DNA from: a virus
DNA length: 64,000 bases
IMG/VR virus record: IMGVR_UViG_3300050120_000170
Span: 1 to 64,000 of that record
Strand: one strand, 5' to 3'
Part shown: positions 8,640 through 17,193 of the stretch, piece by piece
How positions within the stretch are numbered: the first letter of the stretch is position 1
Layout of the letters: every line of letters begins with the position of its first letter
Made by a program: the position numbers and the translations under genes
The notes under the pieces: generated by a model
Seen by the model: only the letters and a program-made list of their open reading frames with translations
Told to the model about the DNA's origin: nothing
Database searches by the model: none

Positions 8640-10177
8640 TCTTTGTACCCGTCTCCCATAATCGCCGAGGACATATCCAGCTTGTCCCGGAGGGCCTGTA
8701 CCGGCTTCATCTCGTTCGTGCCCCGGGTGATGAAGTCCCCGATGACACAAGTATGCTTCTGGCCTTCTCGGTGAAATCGCTTCTCACTATTCATTCGTAG
8801 TTCCAGATTATAGTCGTTCGCGAAATACCAGGTCAAGGTGGCAACTGTCCAGGTATTCCCGCGCCCACCCGCCGCCGGGGTGGATAGCATGAAACGACAC
8901 TTCGGGTCCTTGAGAAACCTGCGTTCATCCTCGCCTCGGGTCGCCTTATTCTTGCCGTGAAACTGGGCTACCGATCCCGGGCCGTATATCTTCTCCAGGG
9001 CTGCCGCTGTCCGGGCGAGCGGACGATGAAACGGAAACCACACTATAGCTTTGCCGGCGTGCTCCTCTAGCACGCGAAGGAGAGCCGCCCCACGGTTACT
9101 CGGGATGTCGTGCTCGTTGCCGTCCTCGTCCACCGTAAACCCGCAGAGCACCTGCTGAAGCCGCATGTTCCGGGTGATGACCATCGTCGCCGTGACGTGA
9201 GCCTCGGCGCTGAGCTGGGCCGTCGCGAACTCCCGCAGGTCGTCATAGACCTCCCGTTGCTCCTTCGTCAGTTCTACCTCGATAAAGGGTGCGTAGACGA
9301 GGGGCGGGAGGTCCTGGCAGTCCTTGGACAGGACCCGGTAGCTATAGGGGGCGATCTTCTCCTGTAGCTCCTCTACGTTGCGATAGGCCACCTCGATGTT
9401 GACGCCCCGGGTCTTTGGTGAGCCGTCCGGGTTGAACTTACCCGGAATTACTACGTCAATCTTCTTGAGCACTGCATATCGAGCCCGGAAGGCGTAATAG
9501 GAGTTGAGCCCCAGTATCTTCCAGTCCAGAAACTCAAACTGCGGGTACAGGTCCATGGGCGAATTAGGGGAGACGAGGCCGGTGAGGATGCGCCTAGCTC
9601 CCACGCCCCGGGTCTCTCCTGCCAGGCGAATGATGGCCTGGGTCCGCTCGCTATCGTTGGATTTGATGGAGGTGCTCTCGTCCACCACCATCATCGCCCT
9701 GCGCTTTTTCCCGGAAGGAGTCAGGAAGGCCATAGCCAGGTCCCGGGCCTTTTTAGACGCGGACAAGGCCTCCACGTTCATCAGGAGAGCCCGGGGGCGG
9801 GGATCGTCTACCGTATCCAGGAGAGCCTCCAGCCGCCGGGTATGCCGTACTCCGGCTCCCGATACCCAGGCCTCCGCCCGGAGCCGGTCGTTGAGATCGT
9901 CACTCATATGACGGTGAAACTCGGAGGGCTGGCTCTCGTTCTTGTCCTCAATCCAGTTGAGGTACGATCCGGCTCCGGCGAAGATGAGGAGGTCCTGAAG
10001 GTCCTTCGCGTCCTCCCGTATCCCGAACTCGTCGGTGATCACCTTGGACTTTCCGGTGCCATACTCCATGATCCAGGCGTACACATCCTCCGAGGAGGGT
10101 GAGCGGGGTTTATTGAAGACGCGGTGTAACGCCGTCTCCTGGTGCTCGCGGGGGGTCGTCCGGGGGAGGTAGGTCAT
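8627..10177 (-). CDS. SNF2-family (SF2) helicase/translocase
   Basis: REHQ, EYGTGKSKV (Walker A), VVDESTSIK (DExx), LTGLVSPNSPMDLY, and a C-terminal helicase domain. Start placed at MTYLPR because the upstream extension covers a promoter motif. Confidence 0.85.
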   Translation of the reverse strand: MTYLPRTTPREHQETALHRVFNKPRSPSSEDVYAWIMEYGTGKSKVITDEFGIREDAKDLQDLLIFAGAGSYLNWIEDKNESQPSEFHRHMSDDLNDRLRAEAWVSGAGVRHTRRLEALLDTVDDPRPRALLMNVEALSASKKARDLAMAFLTPSGKKRRAMMVVDESTSIKSNDSERTQAIIRLAGETRGVGARRILTGLVSPNSPMDLYPQFEFLDWKILGLNSYYAFRARYAVLKKIDVVIPGKFNPDGSPKTRGVNIEVAYRNVEELQEKIAPYSYRVLSKDCQDLPPLVYAPFIEVELTKEQREVYDDLREFATAQLSAEAHVTATMVITRNMRLQQVLCGFTVDEDGNEHDIPSNRGAALLRVLEEHAGKAIVWFPFHRPLARTAAALEKIYGPGSVAQFHGKNKATRGEDERRFLKDPKCRFMLSTPAAGGRGNTWTVATLTWYFANDYNLELRMNSEKRFHREGQKHTCVIGDFITRGTNEMKPVQALRDKLDMSSAIMGDGYKEWLI

Positions 10178-10200
10178 GATCTCTAAAAAGAACCTCCCAC

Positions 10201-10214
10201 AGGACGAAGTAAAG
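10201..10214 (-). promoter_or_regulatory. CTTTACTTCGTCCT promoter-associated box (minus-strand copy)
   Basis: 13 of 14 match to the CTTTACTTCGTCTC family. Lies 24 nt upstream of the helicase ATG. Confidence 0.4.
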
Positions 10215-10263
10215 ACCCCGGAAACGACCTCGAAAAAGCGGCGCAACGAGAGTGGGCTGGAGG

Positions 10264-10444
10264 AGAATATTATGGAAAATCAATAGATGTGGGTCCGCTG
10301 GGATACATATCAGAAAAAGGATAACGGACCTTTTGTGGAGCTCAATTCCATAATAACAACGGGGGGTTAGTACTCGCAGGTCCGCTATACCCCAACGTAG
10401 GTCTCGCACGCGCGCGTCCGCGCCTAGGCGTATACGCGCGCGAC
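10264..10444 (+). repeat. 181-bp control-region block, copy A (partner at 43810-43991)
   Basis: Collinear with copy B at a constant offset of 33546 nt across at least 10264-10386. The first 65 nt have 6 mismatches. A 20-nt GCAGGTCCGCTATACCCCAA core is identical. Ends in alternating CG tracts. Confidence 0.85.
10287..10370 (+). CDS. 27-codon micro-ORF inside repeat copy A (speculative)
   Basis: MWVRWDTYQKKDNGPFVELNSIITTGG, preceded by a 4-codon ORF (ATG GAA AAT CAA TAG) abutting its ATG. Copy B has a same-length, same-frame ORF. Confidence 0.3.
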   Translation: MWVRWDTYQKKDNGPFVELNSIITTGG

Positions 10445-10470
10445 ACTTTGAGCGGATTTTCAGGTGTGCG

Positions 10471-10500
10471 CTTTACTTCGTCTCACCCCCCGGGTACCCT
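10471..10500 (+). promoter_or_regulatory. CTTTACTTCGTCTC-type promoter (TTTACT-N17-TACCCT)
   Basis: Exact 14-mer box. The -10-like hexamer ends 7 nt before the ATG at 10508, which implies a leaderless transcript. Confidence 0.5.
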
Positions 10501-10507
10501 TCACTTT

Positions 10508-10828
10508 ATGCCTCTTACTCGCCGATCAATCCTGTCCATGTTGGGCCTCGGAGCTGCGACGGCGGCTGTGCCGTCCCTCCTAGCCGGGGGGACGGTCGCG
10601 GCGGAGGTCCCGGTCACGATGACCGTGACGATTGTTCCACCGCCTCCTCCTATTGTCGGTCAGTTTGTCTATCATTTCGCCAACGGAAAATTCGGCCATA
10701 TGCTTTTTGGGGCGGACGACCGCTGGCACCCCTGGGACGAGACCATTGAGAGCTACGAGCGGATCACCGGGGGTTTACTTCGTCTTGGGCCGGGCTTAGG
10801 CTCCGAGGGATCGAACGAGCGAGCATAA
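10508..10828 (+). CDS. small exported protein with twin-arginine-like signal
   Basis: MPLTRRSILSMLGLGAATAAVPSLLAGG matches the Tat pattern (T-R-R-x-I-L plus a hydrophobic stretch). The upstream part of the tracked ORF covers the promoter. Confidence 0.6.
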   Translation: MPLTRRSILSMLGLGAATAAVPSLLAGGTVAAEVPVTMTVTIVPPPPPIVGQFVYHFANGKFGHMLFGADDRWHPWDETIESYERITGGLLRLGPGLGSEGSNERA

Positions 10829-10908
10829 AGGCATACCGCCAAGGTTCCGCAATGGCTGAGGAGGCCGTCATGAAATAGCCCCACCCACCATACCATGGAT
10901 ATCCCCCA

Positions 10909-10951
10909 ACGCCCCTGTTCCAGTCCCCCTGGCAGGGGCGTTTTTCGTTTT
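10909..10951 (+). terminator. rho-independent terminator
   Basis: ACGCCCCTG..CAGGGGCGT, a 9-bp stem, followed by TTTTTCGTTTT. Confidence 0.8.
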
Positions 10952-10958
10952 ATGCGGG

Positions 10959-10972
10959 CTTTACTTCGTCTC
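10959..10972 (+). promoter_or_regulatory. CTTTACTTCGTCTC promoter box
   Basis: Exact 14-mer directly after the terminator. The downstream gene has CAGGAGGA-N4-GTG at 11021. Confidence 0.5.
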
Positions 10973-11020
10973 CGAGGCGGAGCCTACTACGTGAACCATC
11001 GAACCTATCAGGAGGATATC

Positions 11021-11626
11021 GTGGCCAGTAAGCCCAGTGCTGCGCTCGCAGCAAAAATCAAGCAGGACGTCAAGCCCCCCTCCGACGATAGCCTGGAACG
11101 GGTCCGGGTCGTCCTCCGGAAGACCCGGGACCTAGACCGGGAGATTGCGGACCTGGAGGCCCGGGCCAAGGAGGCCAAGGGCCAGGTCCTGGAGCTGAAG
11201 CAGCGGACCCTCCCGGACATTTACGACGAGGTGGGCATTGACAACCTCGGGCTCCCGGCGGAGGGGAACCTCCCGGCCTATGACTGTAAACTGGAGCCGT
11301 ATTACCACGCCAGTATCGGGACGGACTGGGAGAGCGAGCGGCGGGTGAAGGCCTTCAACTATCTGGAGGAGGTCAACGCGGGCGACCTGATCAAGTCCGT
11401 CTACATCGTCGCCGTCCCGAGGGGAAAGCGTAAGGTCGCAATTGCCGTTCAGAAGGCGCTGGAGAAGCTCAACGTGGAGTTCTCTACCGATCTGAGCGTG
11501 CCGTGGAACACGCTCACTGCGTGGGTCAAGGAGCAAATCGAGAAGAAGAACACCACGCCCAATCTCGATGTGCTAGGCGCAACCGTTGGGCGAGTGGTGA
11601 AGCTTAAAGAACGCAAGGAGAAGTGA
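11021..11626 (+). CDS. coiled-coil protein, unknown function (recombination or replication module)
   Basis: Start moved to the GTG at 11021 because 10895-11020 holds a terminator and a promoter. Charged coiled-coil N-terminus. Confidence 0.6.
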   Translation: MASKPSAALAAKIKQDVKPPSDDSLERVRVVLRKTRDLDREIADLEARAKEAKGQVLELKQRTLPDIYDEVGIDNLGLPAEGNLPAYDCKLEPYYHASIGTDWESERRVKAFNYLEEVNAGDLIKSVYIVAVPRGKRKVAIAVQKALEKLNVEFSTDLSVPWNTLTAWVKEQIEKKNTTPNLDVLGATVGRVVKLKERKEK

Positions 11627-11627
11627 A

Positions 11628-12485
11628 TTGGCTAAATCGGCAACAGCTAAGAAGCCCGGGACCGACGTGGCGGTGTCCAGGGGTCATAACGTCCCCGCCC
11701 ACCTCAAGGCAAAGATCGCGGCGGACGCGGGGAAGGGCATCAGTGAGTCAGCGGATGACTCACTTGTACCCCTCCTGGTCGTGCTCCAGGCTCAGTCGCC
11801 CCAGTCAATGAAGCAGAAGCCCGAATATCTGAAGGGAGCCGAGGCGGGCTGTCTCTGGATGAAGAACGCTCCGCAGCCGGTCGTCAAGTCCGAGGTGGGT
11901 GTCCTCGCCCAGCCGGTCTCGTTCTACAAGAACGTGGTGGAGTGGATACCGAAGAACAAGGATGGCTCCGGCGGCGGTTACGTAGGCGAGCACAAGACGA
12001 TGCCGGCGGACGCCAAGGAGGTCGTGGACAGGGACGATCCGGAGCGTAAGCGGATGATGTCGCCCCGGGGCACCGAATACGTGGAGACCCGCAATCACGT
12101 CGTTATCCTTTACACCGAGGACGGTCAGGCCTTCCCGTACCTGATCCCGCTCTCGTCGTCCGGCCACTCGGTCTCCCGCCAGTGGATGTTCATGATGAAG
12201 TCCAAGGTCGTGGAGGGCAACAAGGTCCCGTCCTTCGCGGTCCTCTACCGGCTGAAGACGATCCTGCGCACGAAGGGTGCCCACAATTGGTACGTCATCG
12301 ACCCGCACGAGGGCTCGGACGACGGCACGGTGCTCTGGGCCTCGGATGAGCAATACGAGGCCGGCAAGACCCTCCACGAGGCGTTCGCGACGGGCGCCAA
12401 GTCCGCCGACATGTCCCAGATGCAGGACGACACGGTGCTGGCGGCGGCCAAGGTGGATACCAAGAAGGCCGGTAAGAGCATCTAA
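11628..12485 (+). CDS. hypothetical protein (possible DNA-binding or annealing factor)
   Basis: 285-aa ORF, TTG start with an AAGGAG SD. Function not recognised. Confidence 0.6.
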   Translation: MAKSATAKKPGTDVAVSRGHNVPAHLKAKIAADAGKGISESADDSLVPLLVVLQAQSPQSMKQKPEYLKGAEAGCLWMKNAPQPVVKSEVGVLAQPVSFYKNVVEWIPKNKDGSGGGYVGEHKTMPADAKEVVDRDDPERKRMMSPRGTEYVETRNHVVILYTEDGQAFPYLIPLSSSGHSVSRQWMFMMKSKVVEGNKVPSFAVLYRLKTILRTKGAHNWYVIDPHEGSDDGTVLWASDEQYEAGKTLHEAFATGAKSADMSQMQDDTVLAAAKVDTKKAGKSI

Positions 12486-12490
12486 AAGTG

Positions 12491-12502
12491 AGCGGTAGTC
12501 TG
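12491..12502 (+). promoter_or_regulatory. near-consensus ops-like element AGCGGTAGTCTG
   Basis: 9 of the 10 specified positions of GGCGGTAGnnTG. Intergenic, followed by a 6-bp GC hairpin at 12511-12531. Confidence 0.3.
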
Positions 12503-12637
12503 ATGGGTATCCCTCCTCCCGTAGCGGAGGGGTAGGTGGGCGCGCAGCGTTTATCCTCCTGGCCTGTTTGACTCGATGACAAAGCCCTACGGTTGGGGCC
12601 TTCACTTTTCATTTATAAGAAGAACAACGGGGACGCT

Positions 12638-14227
12638 GTGGCTGAGTCGCTCGCCCAACGACTAATGAAGCTGTTCACTGGGCACGAGGGCGCACACGGT
12701 ACCCACGGCACCCCGGTCCGGGAGGGCCTAAAATGGATTATCAAGGCCACGGCCCGGACGATCCGGGAGCCTGTCACCGAGGATATGTGGGAGAAGCATC
12801 TCGCCGGAAAGCGGCCCCTCGGGGTCGTCCCGATCCGGGAGAATAGCACCTGCTCTTGGGGCTCCATCGACGTAGACGAGTACGACATTGACCTGTTGTC
12901 AATCATCACCCGGGTAGAGCAGGCTAAGCTCCCCCTCGTCCCTTGCCGTTCCAAGTCCGGAGGTCTTCACCTCTGGCTGTTTCTCAAGGAGGCTGTCCCG
13001 GCGGGACAGGTCCAGGCCGTCCTGAAGGATTGGGCCGCCCAGCTCGGGCTCTCGGGGTGCGAGATATTCCCAAAGCAAACTCAGATGCTCACCGATAAGG
13101 GGGACGTAGGCAACTGGATGGTGATGCCGTACTACGGGGACACCTATAACGGGAAGATCAAGGAGCAGGTAGGCCTGAAGAAGACGGGATCGGAGATGGA
13201 GCTCAGCGAGTTCCTCCGGGCCTCCGAGGCCGCCGCCGTCACCGAGGAGGAGATGGCCACACTGGGCCAGCGCCGTTCGCAGCAGGCCAACAAGGCGAGG
13301 CGGATGCTCCCGGGCTCTAAGGAGCCCTCCAACGTCAACGACTTCTCGGACGGCCCGCCATGTCTCCAGAACATGATCCTTGACGGAGGTATCCAGCGTG
13401 GAGGTCAATCCAACACCCTACTACATATGGGCGTCTACTACAAACGGGCCAATCCGGCAGATTGGGAGAAGCGTTTGGAGCGGGCCAATCAGGAGTTTCT
13501 CTCGCCCCCCGGCTCCACTGAGGGTTTGCTATCCGTCTTGCGTTCCCTACGTAAGAAGGACTACGAGTATCTTTGCAAGACCGAGCCTATGTGTTCGCAC
13601 TGTAACTCCTCGGTATGTCGGACCCGCAAGTACGGGGTCGGAGACGGGGGGAACGTCCCGATCATAACCTCATTGTCCAAGCTGGATACGGAGCCGGTGG
13701 TCTGGTTCGTGGACGTAGAAGGGAAGCGGCTGGAGTGTTCCACGGATCAGCTCCAGAATTACATGCTGTTCCAGAAGCTATGTATCGAGCGGCTGGAAAA
13801 GTCCTACGCCCCGATAAAGATGGGGGAGTGGTTCGCGATCCTAAATGCGGCGCTCCAGAACGTCGTCCTGCTACCAGTGCCCTCAGATATTGCCCGGGGC
13901 GGCTGGTTCCACGAACTGATGGAGGAGTTTCTCACCAACCGGGCGAAGGGCAACCAGCGGGAGGATATCCTCTCGGGGCGTCCCTGGGAGTGTGAGGAAG
14001 ATCAGCGCCATTATTTCCGACTGAAGGACTTCCAGAAGTTCCTGAACCGGGAAGGGGTGAAGGAGCTGAACCGGCCCCAAATCAGTAACCGGATACGAGA
14101 CATGGGGGGTGACCGATACCAGATGAGGATCAAGGGCCGCAACGCGGATACCTGGTATGTCCCGGCGGAGGTTATCAAGCCCCTGATCGAACTAGACCCA
14201 CCACCGATCCCAGCACCACCGATCTAA
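12638..14227 (+). CDS. archaeo-eukaryotic-type primase-polymerase with PriCT-like domain
   Basis: LGVVPIRE..WGSIDVDEYD..SKSGGLHLWLF (prim-pol catalytic core). PPCLQNMILDGGIQRGGQSNTLLHMGVYY is a PriCT-like helix. Start set at the GTG at 12638 (GGGGA SD) because the upstream TTG region is AT-rich. Confidence 0.7.
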   Translation: MAESLAQRLMKLFTGHEGAHGTHGTPVREGLKWIIKATARTIREPVTEDMWEKHLAGKRPLGVVPIRENSTCSWGSIDVDEYDIDLLSIITRVEQAKLPLVPCRSKSGGLHLWLFLKEAVPAGQVQAVLKDWAAQLGLSGCEIFPKQTQMLTDKGDVGNWMVMPYYGDTYNGKIKEQVGLKKTGSEMELSEFLRASEAAAVTEEEMATLGQRRSQQANKARRMLPGSKEPSNVNDFSDGPPCLQNMILDGGIQRGGQSNTLLHMGVYYKRANPADWEKRLERANQEFLSPPGSTEGLLSVLRSLRKKDYEYLCKTEPMCSHCNSSVCRTRKYGVGDGGNVPIITSLSKLDTEPVVWFVDVEGKRLECSTDQLQNYMLFQKLCIERLEKSYAPIKMGEWFAILNAALQNVVLLPVPSDIARGGWFHELMEEFLTNRAKGNQREDILSGRPWECEEDQRHYFRLKDFQKFLNREGVKELNRPQISNRIRDMGGDRYQMRIKGRNADTWYVPAEVIKPLIELDPPPIPAPPI

Positions 14228-14241
14228 CCCAGGAGAGACCT

Positions 14242-14685
14242 ATGAGAAAGCTACTGACTGCCGTTCTGTTTCTTTCAGTCGTGAGCACCTCGGCGTTTGC
14301 CGTGGACCTCACGATGACGTACAAGGACCCCGAGACGGGGAAGCTGATCCCGGACGTGCTTGCCCAGGATGCTAAGACCGCTAAGTGCGAGGGGCAGGAG
14401 GGAGGTCCCTGCCTGACGCTCGGGGCCGTCCTCGTCCACTCGCTGCTCCGCCCGCACCCGGACGACGCCAGCAGCACCGATCCCGCGAAGAAGGAGGCCC
14501 CGTACCTCCGGGGAGCAATTGCCTACCGGGTCCTGGGCAAGAAGGCCCTGAACCTCAACCCGGGCGATCTTCCGATGATCAAGGAGGCGGTCAATCGTAT
14601 ATACTCGCCCGCCATCGTCGTGATGACCTTCCGGGCGATTGACCCGAGCCTCAAGGAGCCGGACGAGGTGGAGCCGAAGAAGTGA
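14242..14685 (+). CDS. secreted protein, unknown function
   Basis: AGGAGAGA SD and signal peptide MRKLLTAVLFLSVVSTSAFA. Confidence 0.6.
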   Translation: MRKLLTAVLFLSVVSTSAFAVDLTMTYKDPETGKLIPDVLAQDAKTAKCEGQEGGPCLTLGAVLVHSLLRPHPDDASSTDPAKKEAPYLRGAIAYRVLGKKALNLNPGDLPMIKEAVNRIYSPAIVVMTFRAIDPSLKEPDEVEPKK

Positions 14686-14867
14686 CCAGCGTCTCGGTCC
14701 GGGATCGGCACGAGTTCACCTGCGATAGTTGCGAGGCCGTCCGAGTAGTTCACTCGGACGACTTCAACGATGCTTGGGGAATGCTGAAGCAGGACGGATG
14801 GACGATCTTCAAGCACGAGCAACACTGGCACCACGAGTGCCCGAAATGTTCACAGGAGAGCGCGTGA
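14682..14867 (+). CDS. small zinc-ribbon protein
   Basis: CDSC..HHECPKC. GTGA overlap with the upstream gene. Confidence 0.5.
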   Translation: MTSVSVRDRHEFTCDSCEAVRVVHSDDFNDAWGMLKQDGWTIFKHEQHWHHECPKCSQESA

Positions 14868-15373
14868 TGGACGAGAAAGCCTGGAAAGACCCGAGCCCCT
14901 GGGTCCCGATGAAGGAGCCCATCGACCAAAAGCACCTCGGGAAGCTTCTGGAGGAGCTGGGCGAGTGCGTGGAGGCCGCGTCTTGGTTGATGTATAGTCC
15001 CGGGACCCGGGACTACAAGAAGTTGGAGAATGAGATGGCGGATGTCGTCTGCGGAATTGAGTTGGCGCAGGAACATTTCGGCCTGATCAATCTTCGGTTC
15101 GATGCCCGGACGGACGGGGCGTGTCTAGAGCGACTTCTCAGTGCCCTCGGGAACGCGGTCTCTGCGTCCGCCCGCTGCTTCATCCAGGGTATTGACGAAC
15201 ACGAGCCGGTCACAAAGAGACCTAACCGGGATTGGTTACAGGAGGCTTTCCGGGACCTCCTGGGGGTTATTTCGGCGATGGAGATTATAAATCGTCTGGA
15301 CACGGAGCGTATCATGAAGCGCACCGAGTTCAAGAAGAAGCACCTGCGAGCCTGGCACCATATGCTCGCTTAA
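14867..15373 (+). CDS. MazG-like nucleotide pyrophosphohydrolase-fold protein
   Basis: Start at the ATGA overlap. LLEELGECVEA and ENEMADVV are acidic helix pairs typical of all-alpha NTP-PPases. Confidence 0.5.
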   Translation: MDEKAWKDPSPWVPMKEPIDQKHLGKLLEELGECVEAASWLMYSPGTRDYKKLENEMADVVCGIELAQEHFGLINLRFDARTDGACLERLLSALGNAVSASARCFIQGIDEHEPVTKRPNRDWLQEAFRDLLGVISAMEIINRLDTERIMKRTEFKKKHLRAWHHMLA

Positions 15374-15388
15374 TGGGAGGACACTGCG

Positions 15389-15688
15389 ATGACGATAGAC
15401 GAACTTCAGCGGGCCTCGGAGGCCTGTAGTGACCTACAGGACTACCGGCGTAAGGCCCAGGCTATATCTAACTACCGGATCACCGAGATTGCCCTCTCCC
15501 GGGTAGAGGGTACGTCGGTGTCAGACCCCATCCGGGTCTCCAAGGGACAATGCGGTACGGGCACCATCAACAGCCTCGGCTACCCAGACGCCCTCCGGGA
15601 CGAGCTGACCCGGACGTTCCACGAGTATTACGAGGAGCGGGTACAGGAGTGCCTGGAGACCCTCAAGGAGCTGGGGATAGACGTATGA
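15389..15688 (+). CDS. hypothetical protein
   Basis: 99-aa ORF with a GGGAGGA SD. Confidence 0.55.
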   Translation: MTIDELQRASEACSDLQDYRRKAQAISNYRITEIALSRVEGTSVSDPIRVSKGQCGTGTINSLGYPDALRDELTRTFHEYYEERVQECLETLKELGIDV

Positions 15689-17193
15689 GGCCCCAGATCA
15701 TCCTCGGCCCCCCGGGTACGGGCAAGACAACGCGCGGCATCCGGGAGGTGGAAAACGAGCTGGGCCGGGGGGTGAGTCCGGACCGGATCGGTTACGTGAC
15801 GTTTACGACGCGGGGAGCCGAGGAGGCCAAATCGAGGGCCTGTGAGCGGTTCTCGCTCCAGCGGGATGACCTGCCATACTTCCGGACCATCCACTCCCTC
15901 TGCTTCCGGCAGCTCGGGATGTCGCGGGGCGACGTGCTGGAGGGAAAGCGGCTCAAGGAGTTCGCGAAGTACGCGGGTGTCCGTATCACCGGGAGAGTGT
16001 CCGAGGACGGTGTCTGGACCGGGTACGATACCGGCGACCGGATTATGTTCATCGAGAACCTGGCTCGCATCCGCCAGGTCCCGCTCCGGGCGGCCTATGA
16101 CGTGGACGACGATACCCTGAGCTGGAACGAGGTAGACCGGGTGTCCAAGGCGCTGCGCAAGTTCAAGAAGGCGAACGGCCTGCGGGACTTCACGGACATG
16201 CTCACCGAGTTCGTGGATACGGGGATCACGCTGGACCTAGAGGTACTGATCGTAGACGAGGCGCAGGACCTCTCGGCGCTCCAGTGGAAGGTCATCGGGC
16301 AGCTTGCCCGAGGCGTCCGGCGGCTGATCGTCTGCGGGGACGATGACCAGGCGATCTATCGCTGGGCCGGGGCGGACGCGGATCACCTTATTGATATGGA
16401 GGGTGAGGTGGAGGTTCTCGGGCAGTCCTGGAGGGTGCCGCTCAATATCCAGGTTGTAGCCAACGAGATTATAGGGCAGGTCCACAAGCGTCGTCCGAAA
16501 GAGTGGAGTGCCCGGGAGGGCAGCCCTGGGCTCGTCGCCCGGGCGGCCTCGTTCGGAGAGGTGGATTGTGGCTCCGGGGAGGTCCTCGTCTTGGCTCGCA
16601 ACGGTTACGTGATCAAGGACCAGGTAGAGCCGGAGCTGCGACGGCAGGGGATCGTCTACGAGGTCAACGGCAACCCGAGTGTCAAGGCGTCCACCCTAGA
16701 GGTTATCCAAGACTGGGAGAGCCTGCGGGCCGGTCGCTCGGTGCTCGTCGCCTCGGTTCGCGAAATATATAAGCACATGACCGTGGGCAAAGGGTTCGCC
16801 CGGGGTTTCAAGTCTCTACCAAATCGGCCCGATGACGAGGAGACCACTCTGAGCGATCTAGTCGCTCATGGGGGTCTCCTCACAGGGGCAATTTGGCACG
16901 AGGCCCTAGATAGGCTCCCCGAGGAGGAGGTGGCCTACATCACCGCCGCCCGCCGCCGGGGCGAGAAGCTGTTACAGCGTCCTCGTGTAAGGTTGAGCAC
17001 AATCCACGGCTCTAAGGGAGGCGAGGCGGAGCACGTCGTCCTATTCAAGGAGATGGCCCGGCGAACCTACGGCGAGATGACCCACTCCAACGGTGAGGAC
17101 GAGGCCCGGGTGTGGTACGTTGGGGTGACCCGAGCCAAGGATCGACTCACTATAGTGGAAAGTAACACGCGACAAGAATGTCCCTGGCTCTAG
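15685..17193 (+). CDS. UvrD/Rep-like SF1 helicase (paralog 1)
   Basis: ILGPPGTGKTT, LIVDEAQDLS, CGDDDQAIYRWAGAD, STIHGSKGGEAEHVVLF, YVGVTRAKDRLTIV. Start at the ATGA overlap. Confidence 0.85.
   Translation: MRPQIILGPPGTGKTTRGIREVENELGRGVSPDRIGYVTFTTRGAEEAKSRACERFSLQRDDLPYFRTIHSLCFRQLGMSRGDVLEGKRLKEFAKYAGVRITGRVSEDGVWTGYDTGDRIMFIENLARIRQVPLRAAYDVDDDTLSWNEVDRVSKALRKFKKANGLRDFTDMLTEFVDTGITLDLEVLIVDEAQDLSALQWKVIGQLARGVRRLIVCGDDDQAIYRWAGADADHLIDMEGEVEVLGQSWRVPLNIQVVANEIIGQVHKRRPKEWSAREGSPGLVARAASFGEVDCGSGEVLVLARNGYVIKDQVEPELRRQGIVYEVNGNPSVKASTLEVIQDWESLRAGRSVLVASVREIYKHMTVGKGFARGFKSLPNRPDDEETTLSDLVAHGGLLTGAIWHEALDRLPEEEVAYITAARRRGEKLLQRPRVRLSTIHGSKGGEAEHVVLFKEMARRTYGEMTHSNGEDEARVWYVGVTRAKDRLTIVESNTRQECPWL

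Noticed and set aside
10409-10441. Alternating CG palindromes in control block copy A, considered as a conserved RNA hairpin or terminator.
   Set aside because: The symmetric arrangement is not preserved in copy B (43940-43991), so a conserved structure is not supported. It is kept only as a note within the repeat finding.
10895-11020. N-terminal extension of tracked ORF 10895..11626.
   Set aside because: It contains a strong rho-independent terminator (10909-10951) and a promoter box (10959-10972). A GTG with a CAGGAGGA SD at 11021 is the credible start.
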